A DNA stretch of 64,000 nt from the human T2T-CHM13v2.0 reference genome, Homo sapiens. The notes beneath the pieces were generated by a model. The model searched no databases. It was not told the DNA's origin and saw only the letters and a program-made list of their open reading frames with translations. Shown here in pieces: positions 29,952-44,560 of this stretch (position 1 is its first letter; every line of letters starts with the position of its first letter). The stretch is taken from the NCBI RefSeq assembly GCF_009914755.1, contig NC_060933.1. One strand, given 5' to 3'. The position numbers and the translations under genes are program-made.

Positions 29952-30199
29952 GCCAGGCCGTGGAGGGTGAGTGTACTGGGCACAGCACCCATGCTGGCTG
30001 GGACCTCATCAACTGCTGGCAGTCACCGGCCTAGGTGCCCATCTCTGATCTGAGCAACCACAGCCATAGTAGAGTCACAGGGCACACACACAGCCGGACA
30101 ACCTACGTGCTCCGGCCCCAGCTCCTCCTTCCACCTGCCTCACCAGCATTCTACCACTCTGGTTGGCTTCCTTTCTGTTCCTGTTTTGAGGCCTCTTGC

Positions 30200-30565
30200 A
30201 CTAGCTGTCCCCTCTACCTGGAACGCTCTTCACCCTGATCTTTGCATACCTGACTTCTTGTTGTGCAAGTCTCAACTTGAACTTCACCTTCTAAGAGAGC
30301 CTTTTCTGGCCGCCTAAAGGAGCTGGGGGTGCTTTCTATCACAGCAGTTTTATCTGAATCACAGTAGTAAAGCTGGCTAGGTATTACATACAGAGGGTTT
30401 GTTTCTTTAGTTTCAACTTCTCCCACTCACCTTCTCCCTGTCTCCCATACCTTAGAATACCTTAGAATATAAGCTCCATTAGGACAGAGGCTTCTTAGTC
30501 ATGACTGTAGCTGCAGCACCTAGGACAGTGCTTGGCACATAGCCATGGCTGAATGAACAAATAAA
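30200..30565 (+). mobile_element. L2 3' fragment
   Basis: cctctacctggaacgctctt...agaatataagctccat...cagcacctaggacagtgcttggcacatag. Confidence 0.78.
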
Positions 30566-30779
30566 TTAAAAAAAAAAAAAATCCAAAGAGGTCTGTAGGC
30601 ATTGCATAACTGCACAGCCAGACCTATATACCCTGCCTACACAAATGACAAGTCCCAATGCTCCCAAGTAATATGGAATTTTTATACCTTCTTTGGACTT
30701 CATGTAGTAGACAATTGGGGGAGAGGTGTCATTGGAGATACCGAACAGGGGAGTGGTATAATCAAGGACATTATAGCCT

Positions 30780-30975
30780 TCAAATCATTTTCAAAACACA
30801 GCCAGAGATCATCTGCAACAGAATCATCTACAGAGTGCTTGCCAAAAGTGCAGATTCCAGGGGCCCACCTCCAATCTGTGGGATCAGAACTTCTACTGAG
30901 GAACCCAGGAATTCACACTGTAACAAGCACCCCCAGGCAGCTCCAAGACGCGCTAAAATCTGAGCACAATCATAG
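30780..30975. mobile_element. MER5-family remnant
   Basis: agaatcatct...aaaagtgcagattccagggcccacc...cccaggaattcac...aacaagcacccccagg. Confidence 0.72.
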
Positions 30976-32809
30976 TACACTCTCAAAATTAACATTTGCA
31001 GATTCACCGGTAGCTTCAGGAGGCCAGTCTCTTGAGACCTGGAAGCCATCAGAGATGCCACGGAGAGAAGCCTCAGACAAGTCACGGTCAACTAAGAGAA
31101 GGACACAGCTCTTGTTGGTTCACCAGAAAGATTCAGCACTGTACTTCCAGTATTGAGAGGATTCCTTCTTTCCAACTCCTATCAAAAATCTGGCCATTTC
31201 ATGCATGTATTGTTGAAGAGTCAGGGAGGGAGCAGGATAGGAACAAATAGTAGAGATTGAAAGCTTTTAGAATTCTGAAACCCTACTCTAGTACCAAGTT
31301 ACTTGATTAAGCAAATACAGAACATGCATTGCACAAGTCTTCAAATAGTTAAATTTTCAATCTTTATAAAAAAGAAAATCCATCAGATTTGATTGATAAG
31401 TATACTTTTTAAAACTAAGAGTAAAAAAGTAAAGATTGGCAACATTTTTTTGCCATATAATTTGCTTTCTTTGCCTTTTTCCACAGCACTGCACATAAAT
31501 CAAAGAAATGTTAAAGAGGCCCATATATCACCAACTGGCATTTCAAAACTATTTACAAAGTCTTTAACAGACACAGGACAGAGTATGAAAAACCATGGCC
31601 AGGGAGGCTAAAACGAAAGGGAGAAAATTAACTCAAACACTGACAGAGAGTTAATTAAGTTTACAAATAACTCTCCAATGAGCAAATTATGATATTTAAT
31701 AAGAAGGGCCTCGGTGAAGCAAGGTTACAAAATAGGGAAGGAGGTGGGGAGGAAGACAAGCCAAGAGTTTTCCAAGCAAGAATAATGTATATTTGAACAA
31801 GCTGGCTTTCTATGATTAAGCACAGAAATCTGGGAACAAGGCAGGGGAAATGATGTTTTAATAAAGTCTGAAATAGGCCTGTGAGCTGCATTTTGTATTA
31901 CCCTTGCAAAAAAAAGTGTCGGTGTGTGTGGGGGCGGGGGAGGGGAGCAGAGCATGGCCCAAAAATTGCAAATCAAGGTATACAGGCTATGGTATGTGAA
32001 CTGCTACTAGAGTGGCAGGAGGTAGAAAAGGGTGGAGTGACATGGGCTGGCTGTGCTTCCCACACAGAAAATGTGAGGATTTCCCAAAGGCAGAAGACAA
32101 CAAACTGGTGACTTATGTCCTGGTTTTCAAAGACAGGGAGGGATGTGAAAAGGTGTTACTGGTCCATCTGTTGGAGGTGGCACAAGCCTGACCAATGTTA
32201 GGGGATTCGGGCCTCTGCCCCCTCTTCAGGGGAGTGTGCACTGGTGCCAGAGCCACGTTGTCTCAAAGACAGCGGTGCCCCTCGTGACAGCGCTGCCTGG
32301 CTCTCCAAGGCCCTGACCCAAGGGAGTGGCTCTAAGTCTAGTGGAGTCTCTGCTTCTTTGAAAAATTCAGCTTCTAACACTGCCATCACACACCAGGTAC
32401 TCTTGCCCTCAGCTATTCCGCTCCAGAAAAGCTAACTGCTGAGAGCCAAAATAGTAAGAGCACTGCTGAGAAAGAGGTTTTTAAAACCAGCGTGCACCTA
32501 AAAGAGGGGAAGAAAGGCCAGTCCTTTCTTTTCAGGAGCTTCGTGTTTTATCATTTCTCCCTCCCGCGACATAATGAAATACTAGCATCCGACGGATCTT
32601 CTTAGAAAGCATACTAGAGACCCAGAGACGTTATTACTCTATTTCAAAGCAGCAATGTGCATGTCTGCACACATTTCTTAGAATCATGTGATGAAAAGAA
32701 GACCCTTCATGAAAAATATAGACCCATTAAATCAAAATGTGCTTTTTGAAATACAAAGATGCTATAGACCTATGTGTAAAAGAAAGCAAAATGTATCAAA
32801 AACAGGAGC

Positions 32810-33850
32810 CAGAGGCCTTCCTGTTGAACACGGCAGAATGAAGTCATGTTCACCTGCATTCTCTCCCCAAACCACTAAAATGACAGCAAATGAATAAACT
32901 CACAGTATGAGCCTACAAGGACAAAGAGAAGAGGAGACAGCAACAGAAAGAGAGGTCAACTACATTTCAGAAGACAGGAAGTAAGTGGAACAGCACTACC
33001 TTTGCAGAGTGAAGTATACTAAACACCTACCCTGAACAGAAGGGAAGGTTGGGAGGGTGGGAGAAGTCGATTTTTAAAAAGCAAGCTGAACTGCACTGCA
33101 GAATTTCCAAAGACTGAGGAAGTGGGGACACTCGGTGGCCTGGAAGGCCAGGTGTCAAGTAGGCATAAAACAGATGGACTGGTTAAATCTTTCTTGAACA
33201 CCCAGATCCCTGCTCCATCAGAAGCCAGGTGGTGTCCTCTCTGGAGAGGCTGTCCTAGAGGCTCAGGGTTTAGGGACAGCTGAAAACAGGTGGATAAATC
33301 TGCACACTAAATGGTGAGCTACCCTCTACCTCAGCCTTCACCAACAGAAATAGCAATCACAGTATCCTACATGTCTCCACTATAAAAAACATTTCATAGT
33401 CATAATAATGTAAAAACCAAGTATCAATTAAAGCAATGCAGTGGGAAGATGGTGGTCTATAAAAGTTAAATCTTCATCTTCCATGGCAGAGGCAACAGAT
33501 AACTTCTAAAACAGCAGTCTAAGCAGGTTATTTAGGAAAATGTGGGCAAGTATCCAAGGAAAGAGCTAAAAGAGTTAAGAGAAGCCAGGTATGGTGGGGC
33601 ACACCTGAGTCCCAGCTATTCAGAGAGGTTGAAGTGGGAGATCACTTGAGCCCAGGAGTTACAGTCCAGCCTGACCCCTCCTCTAAAAAAAATAAACAAT
33701 GAAATACAGACTTAAAAGGAGTTGCCTCTGAGGAGTGGCATAGCAGAGTTGGGCAAGACCAACACATCTGGTATAAATCTTGTAGTATTATTTATTTGCC
33801 TTTTAAACTACGTACTTATGTTCCTTGGATGAAAATAAAAACTATACCAG
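32810..33850 (+). mobile_element. Ancient L1M/HAL1-type fragments (5'-like and 3'-like pieces) with a FLAM insertion
   Basis: ccccaaaccactaaaatgacagcaaatg...caaggacaaagagaag; ttgcctctgaggagt...ttttaaacta...aaaataaaa. Confidence 0.5.
33584..33696 (+). mobile_element. FLAM_A-like Alu monomer
   Basis: gccaggtatggtgg...cccagcta...gatcacttgagcccaggagtt...ccagcctg followed by an A-tail. Confidence 0.8.
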
Positions 33851-36537
33851 GAAAAAAAAAACAGGGCCTCAAAGTTAAACAGATCCTGAAAATGGAAGCC
33901 CCTACACACTACAAAATGTGCTTTATCACCTGGGGACTATTAGTTTACTATAGTAACACTTAATTTTATTTCAAGTTTTACTGCCACAGTTAAAGGTTTT
34001 TACAATAGCAGATGCCTTCCCTCCCACACATCAATTAATTTGCAAATTCACTCAAGGTTGTAGAAATAATGAGGTGTGGAGAGAGTTCGTTCCACTGGTG
34101 GGCACTGCCATCAGAAGGTGGATGTGGTAGGCGAGGCGCTAAGCTTGGCCGCTGCTAGCTGCATGCCATGGGAGCCTGGGCACGGGGGACGGCTCTGCCA
34201 CAAGCCCACGAGCCGAGCCCACCTTGGCTGCAAATAAAGATAAAGAACGTAATGCCAACCACCTTGAAAGCTGAAAAACCATAGAAAAATTAGACAGGCA
34301 AGGCATTTTAAGTCTCATGAAATAAAATCATGTTTTTAGGCTCCTTTTTATAGGTTCTTATTTGGTGTTTACCGAGAAAGTGAACTTTTTGAGAAGAAAT
34401 GATGTGGCACTCTGAATGCAACTCTGGTCTGTACTTTGGCAAAACCACCTGTCAAGCCCACACATTTGATTTTTTTTTCTTCTTTCTGACAGAGCTGAAG
34501 TAAACCACTGTTGTTTCAAAACACAGGGGTTGAAAATAGTTACACAGTTTCTGCTCTGCCAAAGAACTGTCTCTTTTCTCATTTTCACTTAAATCTTGTT
34601 CTTTAATGACCTAAATGATAAGAGGAACAAGAAGACACATTTTCATTTGCACCTAAGCAAATAGGATTGTAACAGAATGTGTTCGTTCCCAAATGTAGCT
34701 CTTAACTAACTTGAGGGGTTGACAGGTCCCAGGAGGCAGAGCCAGTCAGGAAGGAATGCAGAATGCCACAGATCACCAGGGCCCACTTCCTGCTTCCACT
34801 GGCTTTAAGTGATGGCTCTTGTCACCTAGCCACTCTCTTGGCCTCCCCTGCCCCTCCCTCTCACAGCCCTGCGCCCAAGCCACTCTTCTCATGGGGATCA
34901 CCTAGTCCCGCGCTCCACACTAAGCCTCTCTCTAGGTCTATAATAAATTGTCTGAGTGTGAATAAGCATTTCAAAAGGCTTCCTGCTTTGAGAATTCACC
35001 TTTCCAACAAATTTAATAGGTGTCTACAACAGCCTGACAGGTAGCAACATTTTTTCTTATCCACAATTGGTCTGAACCAAAAGTAAAATATCACTCAAAT
35101 ATTTTTCCTACCCCGCCAGCTAAAAGCAGCCCCATACATGCTGTTTGTGTCTCTAAACATATCACTCTATTAAGAACGCCTGTCATAGTCTCTGGATTTT
35201 GAGGACAATAATTTTCTTTACACAATTATGAAGGCAATCCAAAGCTCCCCTGACATTTTCTGACCTGGTATTGTCTGTAAAGGGCACAGGTTAACAATGT
35301 TTAAGAAAAGATCACATACAATATATAAATCACGAAGCTTCCTGGGACATTGTATGGTCCGAGGCTTCGGATTCAATACCACATTACCAAGAAAGAAACT
35401 GCTTTTCTTTTCACTTACACTCCATACTGGGCTCAAAAAGCACCATTAAAATGCCAACAAAGGCATTTTTGGATCTACAATCATTTGACATTTTTTTCTA
35501 AGAAAATTTAAATTTGAAAAACTTTGGTAAATTTAGAGTCTTGTGAAGTACCACCCGCCTCCCCTTTCACTCCCCTAAAAAGGGCAAGAAAATTCATCAT
35601 CAAAGGTTACCTCTCCATCGAATGTCATCAGAGTGTGGTATTTCAGCACATACATTTGTGTATATAAACTTCCAACTGTTCTGAGATCTCTGCCATTATT
35701 GGCATAACTGGATGAGTTAATAACGGAATGCTGCCTTCCTAAACTCCGGTGTGGATTTGGGCTTTTTGTTTTTGCTTTTGTCAGTGTAACTTAGATCTTT
35801 GGTGTTCTGTGTGTCTCCAGATTCTATTTCGCATAAAGGTAAGAGGAAGCCACTTTCTTTCCTTTCTCCACCTCCCTAACACAAGAATCCAAGGACATTC
35901 ATAACTTGGTTATTAAAAATACACTATTTGTATTTTGAAAGTTCAACCATAATGTATTCCCTTCTTTAAAAATTTTATAGTATCTACACTTTCAATTTGA
36001 GATTTTTCATTCATGCCAGGTGAGGCTCTTATGTTCTGTATTAAATGCGAGGCATGTGTGATCAGTACTATTAATAATATAACAGTGCCAATCTCAGAAG
36101 CAGCAACACAGCACCAATACAGCCCCGTATGAATAGATGAGGAGTCATGAGTACCGCTGCAATCTTTATTAAACATATGGGAATAAAGAATGTGGCTTAC
36201 TGCTCTCCCCCTCCCCCAGCTCAAGAATCAAGAGGAATTTTTCCTCTCTTCCCCAAAGGCATAACATATCATTAGGTCTCATAAATATAAACAGATCTGA
36301 AGCAGAAAACAAGTGATTACCTTTATTAGATTCAAGGGAGCAAAGAAAGAGGAGTTTAAAAGTGTCCATGGACAAATAAAGATCATAAATTCATCAAAGT
36401 ATGTCAGACTCAAGGACTGAGGGTCACTAAAGTCACCTACTATCACAATAAGACAAACTCCAGTCCTCACGTCTCCAAGAACTACAACCCTAACAAAGCC
36501 TGCCCTTCGCTTTGATGCTATTGCAGCGCTCTGTCCA

Positions 36538-36550
36538 AGGTCAAAGGGCA
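36538..36550 (+). promoter_or_regulatory. DR1 nuclear-receptor element AGGTCA-A-AGGGCA overlapping CCAAGGTCA (NR5A/ESRR-type)
   Basis: Motif read directly in non-repetitive sequence; function not shown. Confidence 0.4.
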
Positions 36551-37319
36551 ACTTAAGAAATGTTCTGGAAAGATGTCTGCAGAAGAATCACAAGGTACAT
36601 CTCACTTTTAGGTCGAAAGGTAGCTAAAACTGAGCACGTGATCAAGAATGGAACCTCAGCGCGATAGCTTGGGTTTCTGACACGGTACCAGAAAGCCACG
36701 CCCTCCTGTCTCCTCAGCAATCTCATGTAATTCAGGGACAGCCCCTTCCCTGGCACCCAGGGGGTTCAGGAAGAGCACCAGACTATGCACTGACTGTGGC
36801 CTTCACCTTCTCGACTGGCTATGAGCACAGGTCAACCAGAAAGAAACTCAAGGTTAGGGGGATGTGACATGTAGGTCTTCATTATAAAACATCAAATTGT
36901 TACGTGTAAAAAGTGGGGAGCATTTGTGCTGAGACTTCAACTCTTAAAACTATCTGTGAAAGTGGCCTAGTTTATTCACCGAGTACCATAATCAGTTCAC
37001 CGGACCATACATATGTATGTGCACACAAACAGACACCCCCCTCAAATGAGTAGTATGTAAACGGAAAAGACCAATCAAGACTCCCAGGCTACGTAACTTT
37101 TGAAACGGTAACAATAGCCTCCAAGTGTTCACTGTGGGGCAGGCATTAAATCCTTGCAATGCAATAAAGGGGAAGGTGTTCCTACAACCCACACCACCAA
37201 TCAGGAAGGAGGCTTAGAGAAGCTGTCATTTGCCCAAAGTCACACAGCTGATCCCAGGTCCAAATGAGCCCAATACCTGCAGGTTGAATTACAAAGCTAA
37301 CTTGTCTAGCCAAACAGCA

Positions 37320-37720
37320 TTTCATTCATTCAATAATGAATAATGAATATTAATACATCCTGAGTCAAATGTGCCTGGCACTGCTCTAAGGACAGTACTG
37401 GGAATAAGCAACAAACAAAACAGACAGACATCCATGCTTGTGGAGAGTACACTCTAGAGGAGAGATAGGACAGACAATAAACAAAGGAATAGGTACAACA
37501 TGCAGGATGTTCAGTGACAAAAAGGAGGACCATGAAAAACGCACAGGGAAGCAGATGGGGGGTGGTGACGAGAGGGCCGCAATAGTAAATAGTGTGGTAA
37601 AGGAAGGCTTTCCTGCGAAGGGACCACTTGAGCTGAAACCCGAAGGATGCAAATGCATCTTAGAGGCAATCAAGGAAACCGTCTGACAGAGGGGAAAAAA
37701 TGCAAATGATCATCTCGACA
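37320..37720 (-). mobile_element. L2 3' fragment
   Basis: ttcattcattcaa...gtgcctggcactgctctaagg...ggaaggctttcctg...ttgagctgaaacc. Confidence 0.8.
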
Positions 37721-37738
37721 GTGAAAACTCCAAGGCCT

Positions 37739-38049
37739 GGTCAGCCATGGTGGCTCATGCCTGTCACCCCGGCACTTTTGGAGGCCAAGGCAGGAGAATT
37801 GCTTGAGCCCAAGGGTTCAAGACCAGCCTAGGCAACATAGCAAGACCCCATCTCTACCAAAAAATTTTTAAAATTAGCTGGGCATGATGGCAGACACCTT
37901 TAGTCCCAGCTACTTGGGAGGCTGAGATGGAAGGATCACTTGAGCCCAGGAAGTGGAGGCTGCAGTGAGCTCTGATCACACCACTGCACCCCCAGCCTGG
38001 GCAATAGAGCAAGACCCTGTCTCTAAAAAACACAAAAACACAAAAAAAA
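37739..38049 (+). mobile_element. AluJ, full length
   Basis: ttgcttgagcccaagggttcaagaccagcctaggcaacatagcaagacc; A-rich tail. Confidence 0.93.
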
Positions 38050-38260
38050 CCCCAAGACCACAGAGAATGGGGCCTTTGTATGACTCAATCCCATTCTGGT
38101 GCTGGGTTGTTTAAAGCAGAGAAACAGACATTTTAGAAACATGAAAAAGCAAGAAAACAAAAATATTCCCTGGCTAACGTTTATTAAGTAGGAACATCTC
38201 TTTCTCCTAACCATTTTGATAGACTCAGAATGCAGGTCTTTTGGTTTATATGTATTACTG

Positions 38261-38632
<372 letters not shown>

Positions 38633-38634
38633 TG

Positions 38635-38830
38635 AGAAAAGAGCATGGCTCTACCACTTACCACCTGGATGATTTGGGCAAGTGATTTAACCTCTCTTTA
38701 TCTCAGTCTCCTCACGTGTAAAACAGAAGTTATACTATGCATACGTTTCATAGGGTTGTCTGTGAAAACACATTTATTACAGAAACATGACTCAGTCTAT
38801 TTCCAGGTACAGTGTTAGGTGCTAATAAAG
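38635..38830 (+). mobile_element. MIR
   Basis: ggctctaccacttacc...ttgggcaagtgatttaacctctc...tcatagggttg. Confidence 0.8.
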
Positions 38831-40037
38831 CTTGGAACCTCAAAGAGGTTACAGCCTGTAAGTATTGACAGACATTAAATAGGTAACCCCCTACACTAAA
38901 AATGAATGACCTTTGTGTCAAATGCCACAAAGGAAAGACATAGGTGCTGAAAGCCTATGCCAGAAGGACAGTCCAGGCCGAAGGAACAACATGTAAAAGC
39001 AGAGGCACTGCCTGTAAAATTTGTGACCGTGTAAAGTGACAGCAACGGAGAGAAAGACAGACAGCCCAAAGAGCAGAGCAAGGAGAGCTTGGCATGTTAA
39101 AGAAAATGAAAGAAGCTGTGGGTGGAAGACGAAATGTTGAAGCACTGCGCTGGGCACAGGTGAACGCTCAGCAAAGGATGGCAGTAACAACAGATGCTGC
39201 TGCTAGGACTGAGGAGCGCGCCACACACAATCACGCTCACAGACCCCTCCGTTTATCACAGAGAACAGTAAGCTGAAGTCACAACGCGAATAAACACGCT
39301 TGAAGTGTAATCCTAATCCATGAGCTTACTATATTTACGGTTACTATATACTGGTATCTTTCTCAAACAACTTTCTGATTTAATGCTCCCTATCAGGATG
39401 AAAGCATGGACAGTAATAGTCGCATATGGTGGTTTTCAAGCCCATGGTTCAGTCAGATACCTAGGTACTAGTTCATTCAGCCACAGTGACTGCCCAACGC
39501 GCCTACACAACAGAAGAGTAATCTAGGCTTTTAAAACGGTGATTCTAACAGTTGAAAGACTAGTTACTGGCATACAAAACAAACAGTAAGCCATTGAAAT
39601 CCTTGGAGCGGTTGGTAATTCATATTTCAAAATCTAAAGCTTGGATGGTAAAGAGAACAGATGGCTGTGCAATATGCAAACAAATCCACAGCAACAATGG
39701 GCTTGGGCTGGCTTCGGTGGCAATGACAGAAAACCGGAGCTACCCTGCTGGTGATGGGAAATGACAATGGCATTGCAAAGAGGCTCTGGAAACATCACCA
39801 AATGAAAGTGGGCAAAACAGTCAGGCTTTCACCGGGCAGCTGTAGACTGGGAAAAGTGCTGTGTTTCTGACACATGAGCTTTGGCTGACACACAACATGT
39901 CCCGACCCCAGACAGGAGCTGCACCTAGATCTCTAGATCTAGCAATGCAGGATATGTCATCTGCCTCCCCAACACCAGCTGAATTCTGCCTGCCCCACGA
40001 ATCTCACATCCTAGGGTGCGTGAGGGTGGATTTGTGA

Positions 40038-41030
<993 letters not shown>

Positions 41031-41379
41031 GTCCATGGCAGGGCTACGACAAGAATATGGAGGTCAACCTGGTTTCATTATGGCTTCAAATGCAATTAAA
41101 CACTATGATTTTGGTCTCTTTGCCTTGAACCTGGACTTCAAAATTGCAAGGAATTCCATAAACCAAAATGACTCCCAATGGAATAAAGAGTTAACGATTT
41201 CTAGATGGAGAAGTTCTCAAGCTTGAAAGCAAAGAAACCACAAAGAACACTATTAAGAGATTTGCCGTACAGTTTAACTTTATCATCAAACCTGTCACTT
41301 ACCACGTGAGTGCTATGTGTCGGGCACTCTGCTGAGAGGCGGGAGAACTCAGGGGCTAGTGAAGAGGAAGCTGTGTAAC

Positions 41380-41535
41380 TGAAGCTCTGTGCACCTCAGT
41401 TTCCTCAGCTCTCAAGTGAGAACGATAATAATAATAGTACACACGCCTCCAGGCTCTTGTGGGGACTAGATGTGTTAATTCACGCAAAGTACCTAGCATG
41501 GTGCCCCGCACATGGCAAGTGCTCAATAAGTGCCG
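41380..41535 (+). mobile_element. MIR
   Basis: ctctgtgcacctcagtttcctcagct...ataataataatagtac...gtgctcaataag. Confidence 0.8.
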
Positions 41536-44139
41536 GCCATTGTCATTATGAGTCGTAACAGTGCAGCTCCAGTACTGACTCCATCCCGAGGTACTGAGCG
41601 AAAAGAAGGTTGGGTCTCACAAGCGGCCACTGAGCTAAATTCACCGCCAGTCTGTCTGCCATCAAAGGCCACACTGGATCCAAGGTACACTTCAAGGAGG
41701 GGAACCCTACTTCAAAGGAGAGTGAGTGAACACCCTGTGTCCCAAGGACGAGTGGAAGAGGACCCAGGAAGCCAGAGTCCACCTGCTTGGCAATCCCTCC
41801 TACCCCTTAACCGCCACTGTGTGCTCCGTTCAGTGCTGGCCCTGGGGAGAAAAAGACACTCAAGACAGGGTCCTGCCTCTAGGAGTTTCACTGGCTACAA
41901 AGGACACCACTCGCCTCTGTGACTGCAGGTCCCTCCCTTATAAAAGATAGTACTTCTGTGGCCTCTCTGCTAATTCTGAAATTTCATGATTCCAAGCTTT
42001 GTTTTGTTGTCTTGTTTCATAAGACCATAGAAGGGTGAAAAGTATCAATAAAAAAGTGGGACATTTTGATAAAGAGAAAATACACAATATTCCCCTTTCA
42101 CATACACTTTACGATATGATAAATTTCACTCATACCACTACACCAATATCAGCTCCTTATACATCACTTTTCAAAATGCTGTCAGCTACAAATTGATGAC
42201 CTGTGAGATTTCACCTTGTCGTGCTCAGCATCAGTCCCCGCATATGGGCTGCCCAGCACTAAACAAAGCTGCTGCCAGCCACCAGGGGCCTCAGTCTCTT
42301 CCCTGCGGCGGGGAAATGAATTATTAAAAGATTAAAAAGCAAATGCCATCACCTTTTTGCTTTATTTCCCTGTGGGAGAATACTTTAAACCAAACTAGGT
42401 AAGAAACCGCATGGCAGGTTGCTTAAGAGCAGCCATTTATACACAGAGAAATCTAAGTTGGGATGAGAGGTGGGGCCGTGGAGAGCGGCTGGCTGGTCTT
42501 AGGCGGCTCCACATGCAGAGAAGGCATCACCTGACGAGAGACTGCCCGTACAAATGTCACGAGAAAGCTATAAATAGGGCTTTAGATCTATACATTGGGC
42601 AAAAGTGTGGTGTGGAAAACAAATACTAAGGCAGCATGTTTACTTTTAGCTGGGAGCAGACGGCAGAGCTTAACTACACCCAGACCTTCCAGCCCATCAG
42701 GCTTCAATCTGGTCAAGGACATGAAGGTCCCAGCAAGGAGCACTCAAGGTGACAAAGTGCTCGGCTCCACCAGCACATCTCTGTTTCTGCCGGTACGCCC
42801 TGTGCACGTGCACACACACCGCACACTCAAGCACCAGCACACACGGCAGGATATTCTAGGAAGGCCCAGGCAACGGTTTGATTTCCTCCCATATGCTTTG
42901 TCAAACAACTAGGTGCTTCCATCATTTTCCCTCATGTTGAGATTAGGGGAGGGGAGGGGGCCACAGCCTGGTTCCAAAGAGTTAAGCTGCACTCGCAGCC
43001 AGGACCCAGAGCCACTGCCATCTCACCACTCCAGAGGCAAGGCGTACAATTTATCTGGAAGCAGTGCAACACAGCAGCCCTGCTGGCAGCTGTCATCAGA
43101 CCACACCACGGGCAGCAGAGAAGAAGAGCAGAAGGGAAGAACAAGAAAGAGGAAATAAAGTAAAGAGGGGTAGAGAGAAGAAACAAAAAGAGCAAAGGGA
43201 AAAAGAGGGTTGTCAACAACTGCCTCTGTGTCCCTCAGCACCTAATGTGGGCTGTGAGGGAGACGACAAGCTCGCTAACAGAGCAGAGAGGATGGCAGTG
43301 AGGGTCCAAAGTGGGAGAGTAGACAGTCATGCTGAGAGCCCAGACTTGAGTGGACTGAACTGAGCACGCACACACGACTAAAGAGTCTGCATATTTTCAT
43401 GGCTCACACATCCACTCTCACACCATCAGCTCTGTGATTTGGGTGCAAGGAAACATTCTGTAGACACCAAGCTTTGGGAAGAACCAGGTATGGCATGTAG
43501 GGGTAGCACCAAATGAACATTTAACATAGGGGACTGCAGTTCTGCCAGACAGTAACCATCATGCTACCGACTGCAGCGTCCACAGAGCTCAGTCGCTCCC
43601 CATCTTCCTGTCGGGCACTGCAAGCACAGCCTCACACGGCGTCAGAAGGCCTGCAGTGCCCATGTGTGTTGTGACAAAGCTCGACTGAAAGATGGACAGT
43701 CACAGGATGTATGGAACAAAATGAAAGAGATTACTTTTTAAATTTTTAAATAGTCAAATAGTCAGTGTGCTGAAAAATTTGTTCTTAAGGGCCAAAGTCC
43801 AAATCAGTACGGTATGGCAAAGAAGAAAAGGGAGAAGCAATTACGTGCAAACACGTTCGTGGGGCCTGGCCTACGGTGGCAGCTGCCGCTGACTTTCTTC
43901 TTCTCAAGAATGCAAATGATTAAGATAGATTAAATACCTACTTTGCTTAAATACTCTTGATAATGAGTTTCTTTCCTTCTTTTAAGGGTGTTTGATGTTG
44001 GCAGTTGATGGATCTTGAGTTAAATTGTTTTAATTCAAAACAGGACCATCTGTTGTTAGGATCTGCCGGCACTGCAGAGAACCAGGGGAGGTGACAAAGT
44101 ACGTGATCTAGAGATATGTGGAGACAGGCAGGTGGCGGG

Positions 44140-44560
44140 GTGGAAAGAGCACGGCACGGGAAGCACAGACGCTGCCAGTCTTGTCCCAGCTGGGCTGCTG
44201 AGTGGCCACAGGATCTGGGACTCAGTTTCTTCCTCTACAAATGAAGAGGCTGGCTTAAGGATGACAAAGATGATGGTGACGGCCATCACTACCAGCAGCT
44301 ACAGTTATTAACCCATGCTGTGTGCCAGGCACGGAGAAAAGGCTTTCACTGAAACAGTCTCATGGACACCCTATTTATACATTGTATAAACTCTTTATGC
44401 TCGAAAGTGTGTATACTGATGTTGCCCCCATTTTACAGATGAGAAAACAGGCTTCACGAGGTAAAGTCACTTGCTGCAGGTCACAAGGCAAAAAGGAAGT
44501 GCCAAGAGGTATGAGACTTCAACGTCTGCACTCATAACCACAATGCCATACTGCCCAGGG
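44140..44560. mobile_element. Two MIR fragments in opposite orientation (+ ~44140-44265; - ~44300-44560)
   Basis: ctcagtttcttcctctacaaatg; then tgtgccaggcac...ccccattttacagatgagaaaacaggc. Confidence 0.7.

Noticed and set aside
30602-31156. Longest ORF in the track (184 aa)
   Set aside because: Starts at TTG, runs through a MER5 remnant, and shows no recognisable domain.
34092-34106. CTCF-like motif CCACTGGTGGGCACT
   Set aside because: Two mismatches at core positions.
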